Origin: an uncultured Clostridia bacterium
GTDB lineage: Bacteria; Bacillota; Clostridia; Oscillospirales; Ruminococcaceae
DNA length: 64,000 nucleotides
Direction: 5' to 3'
Assembly: GCA_944385915.1 (NCBI GenBank)
Contig: CALWZB010000077.1
Coordinates: 6,973 to 70,972, forward strand
Shown in pieces: positions 17,879-28,488 of this stretch (position 1 is its first letter; every line of letters begins with the position of its first letter). Made by a program: the position numbers and the translations under genes. The notes under the pieces were generated by a model, which was not told the origin of the DNA, did no database searches, and was given only the letters and a program-made list of their open reading frames with translations.

Positions 17879-19916
17879 CTTGGAAATTCTCGCTCCCGCC
17901 GGTTCTATAGACGCCCTGGTAGCGGCGGTCCGCTGCGGCGCCGACGCGGTCTATCTGGGTCAAAAATCCTTCAGCGCCCGGAAAAACTCCAAAAACTTCG
18001 ACGAGGCGTCCCTCAAAGAGGCGGTATTATACGCCCATGAACGGGGTGTCGCCATTCATCAGGCGCTGAATATTGTAGTGTTCGATCATGAATTGGACGA
18101 GCTCAAACGCTGTATCGAAACGGCGTTACATGCCGGTGTCGACGCCTTTATCGTTCAGGATATGGGCGTCGTTTCTATTTTGCGTCAGATGGCGCCCGCT
18201 GTCCCCCTTCATGCATCCACCCAGATGGCCATTCATTCGGTAAACGGCGTAAAAATGGCCGAGGAGATGGGCTTTTCCCGGGTGGTGCTCGCAAGAGAGC
18301 TTTCCAAAGAGGAGATCGCGAATATCCGAAGCCGCACCGATTTGGAGTTAGAAGTCTTTGTCCATGGCGCCCACTGTATGTCGGTGTCGGGACAATGCTA
18401 TCTAAGCGCAGTGATCGGGGGAAAGAGCGGAAACCGGGGACAATGCGCCCAGCCTTGCCGCCTTCCCTTTTCCACCGGCCAAAAAAACGAATACGCCCTT
18501 TCGTTAAAGGATCTGAGCCTGTTTGGGCGGATAAGGGAGCTAAAAGACCTTGGCGTTCAGTCCTTAAAGATCGAGGGCCGGGCCAAACGCCCCGAATATG
18601 TGGCGGCGGCGGTGACTGCCTGCCGGCAGGCGCTAAACGGAGAGCCCTATGATTTGAAAAGGCTGGAAGCGGTATTTTCCAGAGACGGCTTTACCAGCGC
18701 CTATTTTGACGGCCGTCTCACCAAAGAAATGTTTGGCGTCCGACGCAAAGAAGATGTCCTCTCGACGGAGGGCGCTTTAAAAGAGCTGGCCCTTACCTAT
18801 CATAAAGAGGTCCCCCTCGTTCCCCTTACCCTCGCTTATTCCTTTGGCGAAAACGAAGGGACGCTCACTCTGTCCGACGGGATCCATACCGTCGTAAAGA
18901 CTGTCCCTTTGGAAAAAGACGGCAAGACACCCCTTTTGGAAGGGCGGATCCGGGAAAACGGCGGAAAGCTCGGCGGAACGCCTTATTATGCCGCTTCGGT
19001 TACCGTAGAGCATCCAGAGCTTGCTTTTTTGCCTCTTTCCGGGCTCAATGCCCTTCGGCGGGAAGGCGTCAGCGCCCTCTCCTCGATACGGAAAAGCCGC
19101 CCGCCCCTGCATAAAGGGACTTTCCCGTCGATTTCCCCGGGGATCTCTCCCCCTTCTTTTCCCGCGCGCTACGGGAAATTTTCCTCCCTCTCGCTGGTCA
19201 CCAAAGAAGCAAGGGCGTTTTTCCAGCGGCTGATCTTACCGGCAAGAGAGCTTTTGTCTCTTCCCGCCATCAGCGAAAAGATCACCGCGTTTTTGCCCCC
19301 CTTCCTGTTTGAAAGGGAAGAGGAAGCCCTCTCCCTTTTGAAACAGCTTGCCGGCAAGGGGTTAAAAAGCCTTTACTGCGACGGGCTTCATCATCTCTCC
19401 CTCGCGAAAAAAGCGGGGCTTTCGGCGATAGGAAGTCCTTTTTTCAACATTACCAACTCCTTTAGCGCCAAGGAAGCCGCCCGCCTCGGACTGACGGAGC
19501 TCACCTTTTCCTTTGAGGGAAAATGGAAGGCGTTAAAGGAGATCCAAAGTCCGGTTCCCGCCGGTGTCCTTGTCTACGGATTTTTGCGGGTGATGGCCCT
19601 TCGAAGCTGTCCGATGCGGGCAAGAAGCGGATGCGAAAGGTGCAGCCACACTTTGACAGACCGAAAGGGCATATCCTTTCCCCTTTTTTGCGACGAGACC
19701 AAAACTGCTTTTTTATATAACAGCCTCCCCTTGTGGATGGGAGAGGAAAAGGAAAGAAAAGAGGGCTTTTCTTTCCTGCTGTTTGACTTTTCTTTGGAAA
19801 CCAAAGAAGAGATAGAAGACGTCATCCACTGCTTTCAAAAGAAAGCCAAATGGAATCGCCCCGCCACAAGAGGATTGTATTATCGGGGCGTGGAAGGAGA
19901 ATCCTATGAAAGCTGA
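17871..19916 (+). CDS. U32 family protein (peptidase U32 / collagenase-like, long form)
   Basis: LEILAPAGS..AVRCGADAVYLG at the N-terminus and E..VHGA.C...SG.C in the conserved core. ATG 17871 overlaps the zapA stop. Confidence 0.8.
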   Translation: MNSLEILAPAGSIDALVAAVRCGADAVYLGQKSFSARKNSKNFDEASLKEAVLYAHERGVAIHQALNIVVFDHELDELKRCIETALHAGVDAFIVQDMGVVSILRQMAPAVPLHASTQMAIHSVNGVKMAEEMGFSRVVLARELSKEEIANIRSRTDLELEVFVHGAHCMSVSGQCYLSAVIGGKSGNRGQCAQPCRLPFSTGQKNEYALSLKDLSLFGRIRELKDLGVQSLKIEGRAKRPEYVAAAVTACRQALNGEPYDLKRLEAVFSRDGFTSAYFDGRLTKEMFGVRRKEDVLSTEGALKELALTYHKEVPLVPLTLAYSFGENEGTLTLSDGIHTVVKTVPLEKDGKTPLLEGRIRENGGKLGGTPYYAASVTVEHPELAFLPLSGLNALRREGVSALSSIRKSRPPLHKGTFPSISPGISPPSFPARYGKFSSLSLVTKEARAFFQRLILPARELLSLPAISEKITAFLPPFLFEREEEALSLLKQLAGKGLKSLYCDGLHHLSLAKKAGLSAIGSPFFNITNSFSAKEAARLGLTELTFSFEGKWKALKEIQSPVPAGVLVYGFLRVMALRSCPMRARSGCERCSHTLTDRKGISFPLFCDETKTAFLYNSLPLWMGEEKERKEGFSFLLFDFSLETKEEIEDVIHCFQKKAKWNRPATRGLYYRGVEGESYES

Positions 19917-20352
19917 CTTTTCCCTTCGGATCCAAAAACGGCGGGAAAACGCCATATTGCCGGTGCGAAAAACCAAAGAAAGCGCCGGTTTTGATCTGTA
20001 CGCATGCCTTGACGCCCCTATGGCCATTTTACCGGACGAGATCGTAAGGATCCCTACCGGATGGGCATTTTCTCTCCCCAAGGGCACCGCGGGGTTCCTT
20101 TACGCCCGAAGCGGTCTCGGCGGAGAGGGCATCACCCTCCCCAACGCCGTTGGCGTGATCGACAGCGACTATCGGGGAGAGGTCCTCGTTCAGCTCATCA
20201 ATTTGTCCCCGAAGCCTTTTTTCATCCGCCATGGCGACCGCATCGCCCAGCTGGTGATCGCGCCGGTCTTTTTCCCCGTTTTAGAGGAAACCGATGCTTT
20301 GGATGAAACGGCAAGAGGGGAACAGGGCTTTGGCTCTACCGGACTTCGGTAA
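19906..20352 (+). CDS. dut: dUTP diphosphatase
   Basis: 148 aa with the AGFDLYA, RSGLG, GVIDSDYRGE and RIAQLVI motifs. Confidence 0.9.
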   Translation: MKADFSLRIQKRRENAILPVRKTKESAGFDLYACLDAPMAILPDEIVRIPTGWAFSLPKGTAGFLYARSGLGGEGITLPNAVGVIDSDYRGEVLVQLINLSPKPFFIRHGDRIAQLVIAPVFFPVLEETDALDETARGEQGFGSTGLR

Positions 20353-20366
20353 GGAAAGGAGTAGCT

Positions 20367-20630
20367 ATGAAACGCACCTTTTGGTTTTTGCTGTTTTTGC
20401 TTGGCGGGATCCTCTGCGGCGCCCTGGTGTCGGAGCTTGCGAGCCAGGTTTCCTTTTTGCGCTTTCTCTGCTACGGGGAAAGCATCGGGGTAGGCTACCC
20501 TTCGCCGGTGACGGTGGATCTTGCAGTGATCCAGTTCAGCTTTGGCTTTATGATCGAATTGAATCTGGCAAAATTCCTTTGCATTATCGCCGCTATGGCG
20601 CTGTATATTAAGATCGGGAGAAGACTATGA
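20367..20630 (+). CDS. DUF4321 family small membrane protein
   Basis: 87 aa, beginning MKRTFWFLLFLLGGILCGALV. Its position upstream of maf-mreB is conserved in Firmicutes. Confidence 0.6.
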   Translation: MKRTFWFLLFLLGGILCGALVSELASQVSFLRFLCYGESIGVGYPSPVTVDLAVIQFSFGFMIELNLAKFLCIIAAMALYIKIGRRL

Positions 20631-21238
20631 TGGAAAACTTACCGGTGGTCCTCGCCTCCCGCTCTCCGAGAAGGAGGGAACTTTTGTCCCTTTTGTTTGA
20701 CACATTTACCGCTGTGACATCCGATTTTGACGAAGAAAGGGTAAAAACAAAAGGACTCTCCCCAAAAGAAACCGCCCTCACCCTCTCCTTTGGCAAGGCA
20801 AAAGCGGTTTTGGACACGCTAAATCACGACGCTTTGGTGGTGGGCGGCGATACCGTCGTTGTTTCTCCGGAGGGAGAAATATTCGGCATCCCCAAGGACG
20901 AAGCAGACGCTAAGCGGATGCTTTGCCGCCTGTCCGGCAAAAAACACCGGGTGATCTCGGCGGTGACCTATCTTACCAAACGATACCGCCATAGCTTCGC
21001 CTCTGAAACCGAGGTTTTCTTTTATCCCCTCACCCAAAAGGAGATCGATTCCTACATCCAAAGCGGGGAACCTTTCGACAAGGCGGGAGGCTACGGCATC
21101 CAGGGAAAGGGAAGCCTTTTGGTGGAAAAGATCGAGGGAGATTATTTTACCGTGGTGGGATTTCCGGTGGCAAAAGCCAAAAAAGAACTGGATTCCCTTT
21201 TTTTGAAAGAAAATTTACTTTTTTCGCCAGAAAAATGA
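20627..21238 (+). CDS. maf: Maf-like nucleoside triphosphate pyrophosphatase (septum formation protein)
   Basis: LASRSPRRRELL, GGDTVV, AGGYGIQG and VVGFP motifs. Confidence 0.9.
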   Translation: MMENLPVVLASRSPRRRELLSLLFDTFTAVTSDFDEERVKTKGLSPKETALTLSFGKAKAVLDTLNHDALVVGGDTVVVSPEGEIFGIPKDEADAKRMLCRLSGKKHRVISAVTYLTKRYRHSFASETEVFFYPLTQKEIDSYIQSGEPFDKAGGYGIQGKGSLLVEKIEGDYFTVVGFPVAKAKKELDSLFLKENLLFSPEK

Positions 21239-21307
21239 TTGTGCTTTCCCTGGGAAACGGTTATAATAAGGACAGGTGGGCCTTTTGGCTTCAAAATGGA
21301 GAGGAGA

Positions 21308-22342
21308 ATGAACGTGTTTCCGTTTTTTTTAAAGGATATCGGCATTGATTTGGGAACTGCCAATACGTTAGTATATATCAAGGGAAAAGGGATCATTATC
21401 AGAGAGCCCAGCGTGGTGGCTGTGGATATCAAAAACAATAAGGTAAAATGTGTGGGACAGGAAGCCAAAGAGGTCATCGGAAGAACCCCCGGCTCCATTG
21501 TGACGGTACGCCCGTTAAAGGACGGGGTTATTGCTGACTTCGACATCACCACCGCCATGCTTCAGGATTTTATCCGCCGCGCGGTGGGAAAAAGCTTTTT
21601 CTCCCGCCCGAGAGTCATTATCTGTATCCCGTCGGGGGTGACCGAGGTAGAGCGCCGGGCGGTAAGAGACGCCAGCGAACAGGCGGGCGCCAAACGGGTC
21701 TCCATCATTGAAGAGCCCATGGCGGCGGCGATCGGCGCCGGTCTTCCCGTAGCCGAGCCTCAGGGATCCATGGTCGTGGACATCGGCGGCGGAACCTCGG
21801 AGGTGGCGGTCATCTCCTTAGGGGGCATCGTTGCCGCGAAATCGGTTCGGGTCGGCGGCGACAAATTTGACGAAGCCATTATCAACTTCATCAAAAAGAA
21901 ATATAACCTTTTGATCGGCGAACGCACCGCCGAGGATATCAAGATCCAGATCGGCTCCGCCTATCCGTTGGAGGATGGGGAGTTAGAGATGGAGATCAAG
22001 GGAAGAAACCTCTTAAACGGCCTTCCCGAAAATATTATTGTCACTTCGGACCAGATCCGGGGCGCACTGAAAGATTCTCTTGCGGCGATTTTGGAGGCCA
22101 TCCGGATCACCCTGGAGAAAACGCCTCCTGAGCTTTCCGCCGACATTATCGACCAGGGCATCACCCTCACCGGCGGCGGCGCTCTGCTTCGGGGACTGGA
22201 CCAGCTCATCCACGAGGAGACCAACATGCCCGTCAACATCGCGGAAAATCCGCTGGACTGCGTTGCTGTGGGGGCTGGTATGGTATTGGACAACATCGAT
22301 AAGCTCACCGATGTATTAAGCGAGGAAGAAAATAAATATTAA
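21308..22342 (+). CDS. mreB: Rod shape-determining protein MreB
   Basis: [14 protein letters not shown] and [13 protein letters not shown] actin-fold motifs. The start at ATG 21308 is approximate; ATG 21296 is also possible. Confidence 0.95.
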   Translation: MNVFPFFLKDIGIDLGTANTLVYIKGKGIIIREPSVVAVDIKNNKVKCVGQEAKEVIGRTPGSIVTVRPLKDGVIADFDITTAMLQDFIRRAVGKSFFSRPRVIICIPSGVTEVERRAVRDASEQAGAKRVSIIEEPMAAAIGAGLPVAEPQGSMVVDIGGGTSEVAVISLGGIVAAKSVRVGGDKFDEAIINFIKKKYNLLIGERTAEDIKIQIGSAYPLEDGELEMEIKGRNLLNGLPENIIVTSDQIRGALKDSLAAILEAIRITLEKTPPELSADIIDQGITLTGGGALLRGLDQLIHEETNMPVNIAENPLDCVAVGAGMVLDNIDKLTDVLSEEENKY

Positions 22343-22347
22343 CGAAA

Positions 22348-22387
22348 GGCGGACAGGAAAAGCGAAAGCTTTTTCGTCCGCTTTTGC
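22348..22387 (+). terminator. Stem-loop / partial terminator between mreB and mreC
   Basis: GGCGGAC...GTCCGC outer stem with an inner AAAGC/GCTTT pairing, followed by TTTTG. Confidence 0.4.
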
Positions 22388-22404
22388 TGTAAGGGGGGGA
22401 GCCT

Positions 22405-23262
22405 TTGCGGGAATTTTTAAAAAGCCTTCGATTCAAGATCCTGTTGGGAGTGCTGGCGGTACTGTTGGGGATGATGATCTACGCGGCGGGAAGCGGCGGC
22501 ATCGATACCCTCCCGGAGCGGATCTTCGCTTCCATCGTGACCCCTGTCACCAAATTTACCACTACCATCACTGACGGCTTTGCGGACTTTTTTTCCGTCT
22601 TTTTCAACGCCAAAAACAATTATGAGGAAAACCTCCTTTTGAAAGAGGAAAACGCCAAGCTCAAGCAACAGCTCGCGGATTACGGAACCATCAAAACCGA
22701 AAACGAACGGTTCAAGGAGATTTTGAACATCACCGAGCTGGACGCCGATATTGAGCTGATCGACGCGGGCGTCATCAGCAGAGACCCCACCGACAGCTTT
22801 TACAGCTTCAACATCGACCGGGGCAGCGCCCATGGCGTCTCTCTTCGGGATCCGGTGGTCACTGCCGACGGACTGGTAGGCTTTATCAGCTCGGTAGGTC
22901 CCACCTATTCCACCGTCACCACCCTCTTTAACCCTCAATCCAATGTGGGCGCGCTGGATTCAGTCTCAAGGGAAACAGGAAATGTCACCGGCACCATTGA
23001 GCTTGCAAAGGAAAACTTGGTGAAGATGGAGTTTCTTTCCACCGAAACGGCGATCCAAGAGGGCAATTTGATCGTCACCTCGGGAAGCAGCGGTATGTTC
23101 CCCGCGGATCTGGTGATCGGCGAGGCCAAAGAGATCGTCACCGAAGATTCGGGCATCTCCCTTTCCGCATACATTGAGCCAGCCGCCGACATTACCAAAA
23201 CCAAATACGTTTATATTCTGACCTCGTTTTTGGGTCAAAGCAGTGAGGAGGAAGCGCCGTGA
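22405..23262 (+). CDS. mreC: Rod shape-determining protein MreC
   Basis: An N-terminal TM segment is followed by the coiled coil LLKEENAKLKQQLADY and a beta-barrel domain. The TTG start follows GGGGGGA. Confidence 0.85.
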   Translation: MREFLKSLRFKILLGVLAVLLGMMIYAAGSGGIDTLPERIFASIVTPVTKFTTTITDGFADFFSVFFNAKNNYEENLLLKEENAKLKQQLADYGTIKTENERFKEILNITELDADIELIDAGVISRDPTDSFYSFNIDRGSAHGVSLRDPVVTADGLVGFISSVGPTYSTVTTLFNPQSNVGALDSVSRETGNVTGTIELAKENLVKMEFLSTETAIQEGNLIVTSGSSGMFPADLVIGEAKEIVTEDSGISLSAYIEPAADITKTKYVYILTSFLGQSSEEEAP

Positions 23263-23780
23263 CATTAGGGAAAAACGGAAGGCTCGCTGTAAAATGGGGG
23301 TTATACCTTCTTCTTTTGCTTTTGTGCTGCGGCTTACAGGGCGCCCCCAGTCTCTTTTCCATCGGCGGGATCAAGCCTCTTTTTCTTCCGGCTCTCGCCG
23401 TTTCCCTCTCTTTTTTCGAAAAGGAGATCGCCGCCGGCGCCTACGGGCTGGCGGCGGGTCTTTTATGGGACGTTATGGCGGGAAAGGTATTTGGCTTTTA
23501 CGGGATCCTTTTGATGCTTTGCTGTATCGCCGCCACCCTTCTTTCTATGTACTGTCTTCGGGTCAATTACATCAATATGATGCTGGCAAACGGCGCGGTG
23601 ACGGTGCTTTGCCTGCTTTGGGATTATTTTTTCACCTATCTGCTTTGGGGGTATGAGGGAAATGCGTGGTACCTTCTGCGCTATTTTTTCATCGCTCTTT
23701 ACAGCCTTCCCTTCGCCCTTTTGCTCAGCTTTTTGATCCGAAAGATCGTATCTCGTTTCTCCCCGGTGATCCGGGCGTAA
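23259..23780 (+). CDS. mreD: Rod shape-determining protein MreD
   Basis: 173-aa polytopic membrane ORF that overlaps the mreC stop. The position is conserved. Confidence 0.75.
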   Translation: MTLGKNGRLAVKWGLYLLLLLLCCGLQGAPSLFSIGGIKPLFLPALAVSLSFFEKEIAAGAYGLAAGLLWDVMAGKVFGFYGILLMLCCIAATLLSMYCLRVNYINMMLANGAVTVLCLLWDYFFTYLLWGYEGNAWYLLRYFFIALYSLPFALLLSFLIRKIVSRFSPVIRA

Positions 23781-23790
23781 AGGAGTTGTT

Positions 23791-25782
23791 ATGCAAAAAA
23801 AATTGTCCACCCGCGTCCGCCTTTTGTTTTTGGGCTTTTTCGCTTTGGGGATCTTTGTGGTTTACGGTCTGCTTTTGATGACCTACCAGGTGGTCCATGG
23901 CGCCGAATACAGAGAACAGATGAACCGGACCACCGTCACCCGGATCAGTGTGGACGCCGCGCGGGGAAATATCATCGACCGAAACGGCGTTTTGCTCGCC
24001 ACCAATGAGGTCGGCTTGAACATAGTTTTTTACTATTCATCGCTTCCCTCCGGCGAAGAAAACGACATTATCGCCCAGCTGATTGCCCTGTGCGAGGAAA
24101 AAGGAGAAGAGTATATCGATTTACTTCCCCTTTCGGATGACGGCACGTCTTTTCTCCCGGATGCTGAGGATGAGATAGAGACTCTTCGGTCCGCTTTGGG
24201 CCTTAATGTTTACGCCACAGCGGAAAACTGTCTTTACTATTTGATCGAACAATATGATATCCAGGGCTACGATACCCAAATGACGAGAAAAATCGCCGGT
24301 GTCCGCTACAGTATGTATCGCTCCGAATTTTCGGTCAACAATAACGTATACCGGTTTGCGGAAAATGTTTCCTATGATCTCGCCCTCACCTTTAAAGAAC
24401 TTTCCTACCGGTTTCCCGGCGTCGAGATCGAGGAAACCGACCTTCGCATCTATCCCGAAGGAAAAACCGCTCCCCATATCGTCGGGACTATTGGCGCCAT
24501 GAATGCCGAAGAATACGCGGATACCTATAAGGACGCCGGGTATCCTATGAACGCCTATGTGGGAAAATTCGGCATTGAAAAGGAATATGAATCGGTGCTT
24601 CATGGGGAAGAAGGCATTCTCACAGTAGAGCGAAACGCCAAAACCGGGGAGATCCTTTCTGAGGTGATCACCGAACCGCCCAAGGCGGGAAGTGACGTAG
24701 TCCTTACGGTGGACAGCGTTTACCAGCAAAAACTTCAGGAGATTTTAAATATCCATCTGGACGCGCTGCGAGAGGAGCAGGAGGGAAAAGAGGGCAACCA
24801 CGCCGAAGGCGGCGCTATCGTTGTGCTCAATGCCAAAACCGGCGAGGTCCTCGCCGCCGTCACCGCCCCGTCCTACGACATCAACGACTTCTTTACCGAA
24901 TACGATACCATCAGCACCGCGGAATATAACCCCCTCACCAACCGCGCCTTTTCCGGCTTATACCGCCCCGGATCCACCTTTAAGACCGTGGTTGCTTCGG
25001 CGGGGCTGACCGAAGGGATCATCACCCCTACCCAAACGGTGTACTGTGCCCGCGTTTACACCTACTACAATTATATCCCCGGCAACACCTTCCATCCTAC
25101 CTGTCTTGGCACCCATGGAAATATCGCGGTAAGCGACGCGCTGACGGTGTCATGCAATATTTTCTTTTACGAGGTAGGACGGCTTTTGGGGATCGATACC
25201 ATCAATCGTTACGCCAATGCGTTTGGACTGGGCGTCGATACCGGACTGGAGCTTTACAGCCACCCGGGATATCTTTCCAGCCCGGAGCGAAGCGAGGAAT
25301 TGGGAACCGAATGGTTTCAAGGCAACGTCGTCCAGGCCTCCATCGGCCAGATGGACACAGCGGTCACCCCGCTTCAGCTCGCCGTACAGGCTATGACTTT
25401 AGCAAACCGGGGCAAGCGTTACCAGGCACATCTGGTCAAAGAGATACAGTATCAGGGCGAGGTCCTTTCCGTTACCGAGCCTACGGTTTTAAGCGAGATC
25501 ACCCTTTCCGATGAAAACTACCAAGCGATCCTAAACGGAATGATCGGCGCCGCCAACCGGGTCACCGGCGAATACGCGCTCACCGATTTAGGGTACACTG
25601 TCGCCATCAAGACCGGTACGCCTCAGGTGACCAACGACACCTACAATTCGGTGGCGATCGGATTTGCCCCCGCCGATGATCCGGTGCTGGCTTTTGGCAT
25701 TGTCTTGGAGGAAGGCGAATACGCCAACCGTCTGGTGCGGCAGCTTTTAGACGCCTATACCGATCTTTACGGGGATTTTTAA
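23791..25782 (+). CDS. mrdA: Penicillin-binding protein 2 (class B transpeptidase)
   Basis: Canonical STFK, SCN and KTGT motifs, an N-terminal TM anchor, and a position downstream of mreBCD. Confidence 0.9.
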   Translation: MQKKLSTRVRLLFLGFFALGIFVVYGLLLMTYQVVHGAEYREQMNRTTVTRISVDAARGNIIDRNGVLLATNEVGLNIVFYYSSLPSGEENDIIAQLIALCEEKGEEYIDLLPLSDDGTSFLPDAEDEIETLRSALGLNVYATAENCLYYLIEQYDIQGYDTQMTRKIAGVRYSMYRSEFSVNNNVYRFAENVSYDLALTFKELSYRFPGVEIEETDLRIYPEGKTAPHIVGTIGAMNAEEYADTYKDAGYPMNAYVGKFGIEKEYESVLHGEEGILTVERNAKTGEILSEVITEPPKAGSDVVLTVDSVYQQKLQEILNIHLDALREEQEGKEGNHAEGGAIVVLNAKTGEVLAAVTAPSYDINDFFTEYDTISTAEYNPLTNRAFSGLYRPGSTFKTVVASAGLTEGIITPTQTVYCARVYTYYNYIPGNTFHPTCLGTHGNIAVSDALTVSCNIFFYEVGRLLGIDTINRYANAFGLGVDTGLELYSHPGYLSSPERSEELGTEWFQGNVVQASIGQMDTAVTPLQLAVQAMTLANRGKRYQAHLVKEIQYQGEVLSVTEPTVLSEITLSDENYQAILNGMIGAANRVTGEYALTDLGYTVAIKTGTPQVTNDTYNSVAIGFAPADDPVLAFGIVLEEGEYANRLVRQLLDAYTDLYGDF

Positions 25783-25902
25783 AGAAAAAAGGAAGTTTTC
25801 GGCAAAATAGGAAATAAAATAGAAAAAAATATCCTTTTTCTATAGAAAAACAAAAAGGTTTGTGTTATACTGGACTTAACGTTATGCTGAAATAATGGGT
25901 AG

Positions 25903-26646
25903 GTGGGGCTTTTGGCAGAAATCGTTTCGATCCTTTCCGGAAAAGGAGGCGTGGGAAAGTCCACCATTGTCTCTGCGCTGGGCTATTCTTTAGCTGCCGA
26001 AGGAAAACGGACTCTCATCGCGGAACTGGATCTGGGGCTTCGGGGACTGGATTTGATGCTTTCCCTTTCCGACCGGATCGTTTTCGATCTGGGGGATCTT
26101 TTATGCGGCCGCTGCACCTTAAGCGACGCTTTGGTGTGTTCTCCCTATACCTCCCGGCTTTTTTTGATACCCGCTCCCTCCTCCCCTTTAAGTGAGCTGG
26201 ACGCGGGGCAGCTTTCTGCCCTTCTTTTTGAGCTTTCTCCCCATTTTGATTTTATCCTTTTGGACATGCCTGCCGGGTTGTACTTAAGTCCGGCGCTGAC
26301 GGCTGCCCTTTCGGACACCGCTTTGATCGTCGCGACGCCGGATGCGGTTTCGGTGCGAAGCGCGGGAAAGGTAAGGGCGATGCTCGAAGAACGGGATTTT
26401 TTCTCCCATCGCCTTTTGATCAACCGGTTTTCCCGCTCCCCTTTCAAAAAGAGCGGTTTTGCCCATATGGATCAGGTGATCGACATGGTGGGAAGTCAGC
26501 TGATGGGCATTTTCCCCAAAGACGAAAAAGGGATCTTATTTTTGCAAAACGGAAGCGAACCGATGGAGGGGAGCGCTTTTTTAACCGTTGCAAGAGCGGT
26601 AGCCCGACGTCTGATGGGGATCTATATTCCCTTACTGATACACTGA
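25903..26646 (+). CDS. MinD/ParA-family P-loop ATPase (MinD-like, short C-terminus)
   Basis: Deviant Walker A motif SGKGGVGKST. The protein is collinear with MinD through ARRLMG but ends without an amphipathic tail. GTG start. Confidence 0.7.
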   Translation: MGLLAEIVSILSGKGGVGKSTIVSALGYSLAAEGKRTLIAELDLGLRGLDLMLSLSDRIVFDLGDLLCGRCTLSDALVCSPYTSRLFLIPAPSSPLSELDAGQLSALLFELSPHFDFILLDMPAGLYLSPALTAALSDTALIVATPDAVSVRSAGKVRAMLEERDFFSHRLLINRFSRSPFKKSGFAHMDQVIDMVGSQLMGIFPKDEKGILFLQNGSEPMEGSAFLTVARAVARRLMGIYIPLLIH

Positions 26647-26675
26647 TATTTACATAAATAAAGGAGGAACCGCAC

Positions 26676-27080
26676 ATGAACATTGCTTTGACCGCCCATG
26701 ACTCAAAAAAAGAGCTGATGGTACAGTTCTGCATTGCCTATTGCGGCATTATGAGTCACCACAATCTCTGCGCTACCGGCACCACCGGAAAGCTGATCTC
26801 GGAAGCGACCGGATTAAACATCAAGCGGTTTCTAAGCGGCTCTCAGGGCGGTGACCAGCAAATCGCCTCTCTGATTGCCTGTAACGAGATCGATCTTCTT
26901 TTGTTTTTCCGGGATCCTTTGACTTTGCAGTCTCAAAATACCCATGAGCAAAACCTCCTTCGTCTGTGCGATGTGCATAATATCCCGGTGGCAACCAATA
27001 TCGCTACCGCCGAAGTACTGATCCATGGACTGGAACGGGGCGACTTAGACTGGAGAATGATTTTAAACCAAAACGGATAA
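26676..27080 (+). CDS. mgsA: Methylglyoxal synthase
   Basis: 134 aa with [13 protein letters not shown] and ATGTTGKLI motifs. Confidence 0.9.
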   Translation: MNIALTAHDSKKELMVQFCIAYCGIMSHHNLCATGTTGKLISEATGLNIKRFLSGSQGGDQQIASLIACNEIDLLLFFRDPLTLQSQNTHEQNLLRLCDVHNIPVATNIATAEVLIHGLERGDLDWRMILNQNG

Positions 27081-27090
27081 TAAAAAAGAA

Positions 27091-27140
27091 AAGACAGACA
27101 GAGTGAGCTTATCGGAAGATAGGCTTATTTTGTCTGTCAA
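27091..27140 (+). terminator. Long stem-loop after mgsA (weak terminator)
   Basis: GACAGACA...TGTCTGTC outer stem with an inner GAGCTTATC/GATAGGCTT pairing. No clean T-run follows. Confidence 0.35.
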
Positions 27141-27162
27141 TCCTTTCAGATAGGAGTATCAT

Positions 27163-28482
27163 ATGGCACTGGAAATTCGATCCATCAAGGGCACACAGGA
27201 CATTTTACCCTCGGAAAGCTATCAGTGGCAGTTTGTGGAACGGCTGTTTTTGGATATGGCGAAAAATTACGGCTTTTCCGAGATCCGGGTTCCGGTTTTT
27301 GAAGACAAAAATCTCTTTATCCGCTCGGTAGGCGACACCACCGATGTGGTGCAAAAGGAGATGTATACCTTTACCGACCAGGGCGGCAGAGAACTCGCTC
27401 TTCGTCCCGAGGGAACCGCCGGCATCAACCGGGCGGTGATTGAAAACGGGATCTTAAACGAAGCCCTCCCCGCCAAGCTTTGCTATAACATTTCCTGTTT
27501 CCGGGCGGAAAAGCCCCAGGCGGGACGTTACCGCCAGTTCCACCAGTTAGGCATGGAGCTGTTCGGCGCCCATTCCCCCGCCGCCGACGCCGAAGTCATC
27601 GCCTTTGTGGACGAGTTTTTCGCGGTGCTGGGGATCCAGGGAATTTCCCTGGAGATTAACTCCATCGGCTGCCCTACCTGCCGCAAGGAATACCACAAGG
27701 CGCTTAAGGAGTATTTTTCCCAGCATAAAGACGAGCTTTGCGAAACCTGTCTTACCCGTCTGGAAAAAAATCCCCTTCGGATCTTAGACTGCAAAAGCCC
27801 CGTCTGTCGGGAGATCGCCAAGGACGCGCCCGTGGGGCTCGACTACCTTTGCGACGACTGCAAGACCCACTTTGAGGGACTGAAAAAGCGGTTGGACGCC
27901 TTAAATATCGCTTACACCGTCAATCCCCGGATCGTTCGGGGACTGGATTACTACACCAAAACGGTGTTCGAATTCGTCTCCGGGGATATCGGCGCTCAGT
28001 CCACCGTCTGCGGCGGCGGCCGCTACGACGGGCTTATTCGATCCCTTGGCGGCAACGACCAGCCGGGTATCGGTTACGCGATGGGGATAGAACGGCTGCT
28101 TATGACCTTAAAAGCCCAAAATATCGAGATTCCCAAGCCTCCCACATGCGACCTTTATATCGCTTCTATCGGGGAGGACGCATCCCTTCGGGCGATGCAG
28201 CTCACTGCCCTTCTTCGGGGCGAGGGATTTTTCGCCGAATGCGACTTGATGGATCGAAGCGTCAAGGCGCAGATGAAATACGCCAACAAAATCGGCGCCA
28301 AATTTTCCATGGTGCTGGGAGACGATGAACTGAAAAACAATCAGGCCGCCGTCAAAAATATGGAGACCGGGGAGAGCCGGCCCCTTTCTTTGGAAGAAGA
28401 ACCCTTTCTTCGGTTTTTCTACGACGCCCAGATTGAGGATCTGAGCGATTCCGTCAACGAAATGTTAAAAAGTGAGGAGTAA
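27163..28482 (+). CDS. hisS: Histidine--tRNA ligase
   Basis: GTQDILP, LRPEGT and FRAEKPQAGRYRQFHQ class II motifs. Confidence 0.95.
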   Translation: MALEIRSIKGTQDILPSESYQWQFVERLFLDMAKNYGFSEIRVPVFEDKNLFIRSVGDTTDVVQKEMYTFTDQGGRELALRPEGTAGINRAVIENGILNEALPAKLCYNISCFRAEKPQAGRYRQFHQLGMELFGAHSPAADAEVIAFVDEFFAVLGIQGISLEINSIGCPTCRKEYHKALKEYFSQHKDELCETCLTRLEKNPLRILDCKSPVCREIAKDAPVGLDYLCDDCKTHFEGLKKRLDALNIAYTVNPRIVRGLDYYTKTVFEFVSGDIGAQSTVCGGGRYDGLIRSLGGNDQPGIGYAMGIERLLMTLKAQNIEIPKPPTCDLYIASIGEDASLRAMQLTALLRGEGFFAECDLMDRSVKAQMKYANKIGAKFSMVLGDDELKNNQAAVKNMETGESRPLSLEEEPFLRFFYDAQIEDLSDSVNEMLKSEE

Positions 28483-28488
28483 TACGTC

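Noticed and set aside
27081-27162. A search for T-box leaders upstream of hisS-aspS, and upstream of serS at 36062-36076.
   Set aside because: The spacers are only 82 nt and 15 nt. No specifier-loop or T-box (AATTAGGGTGGTACCGCG-like) sequence is present. These synthetase genes appear to lack T-box control at this locus.
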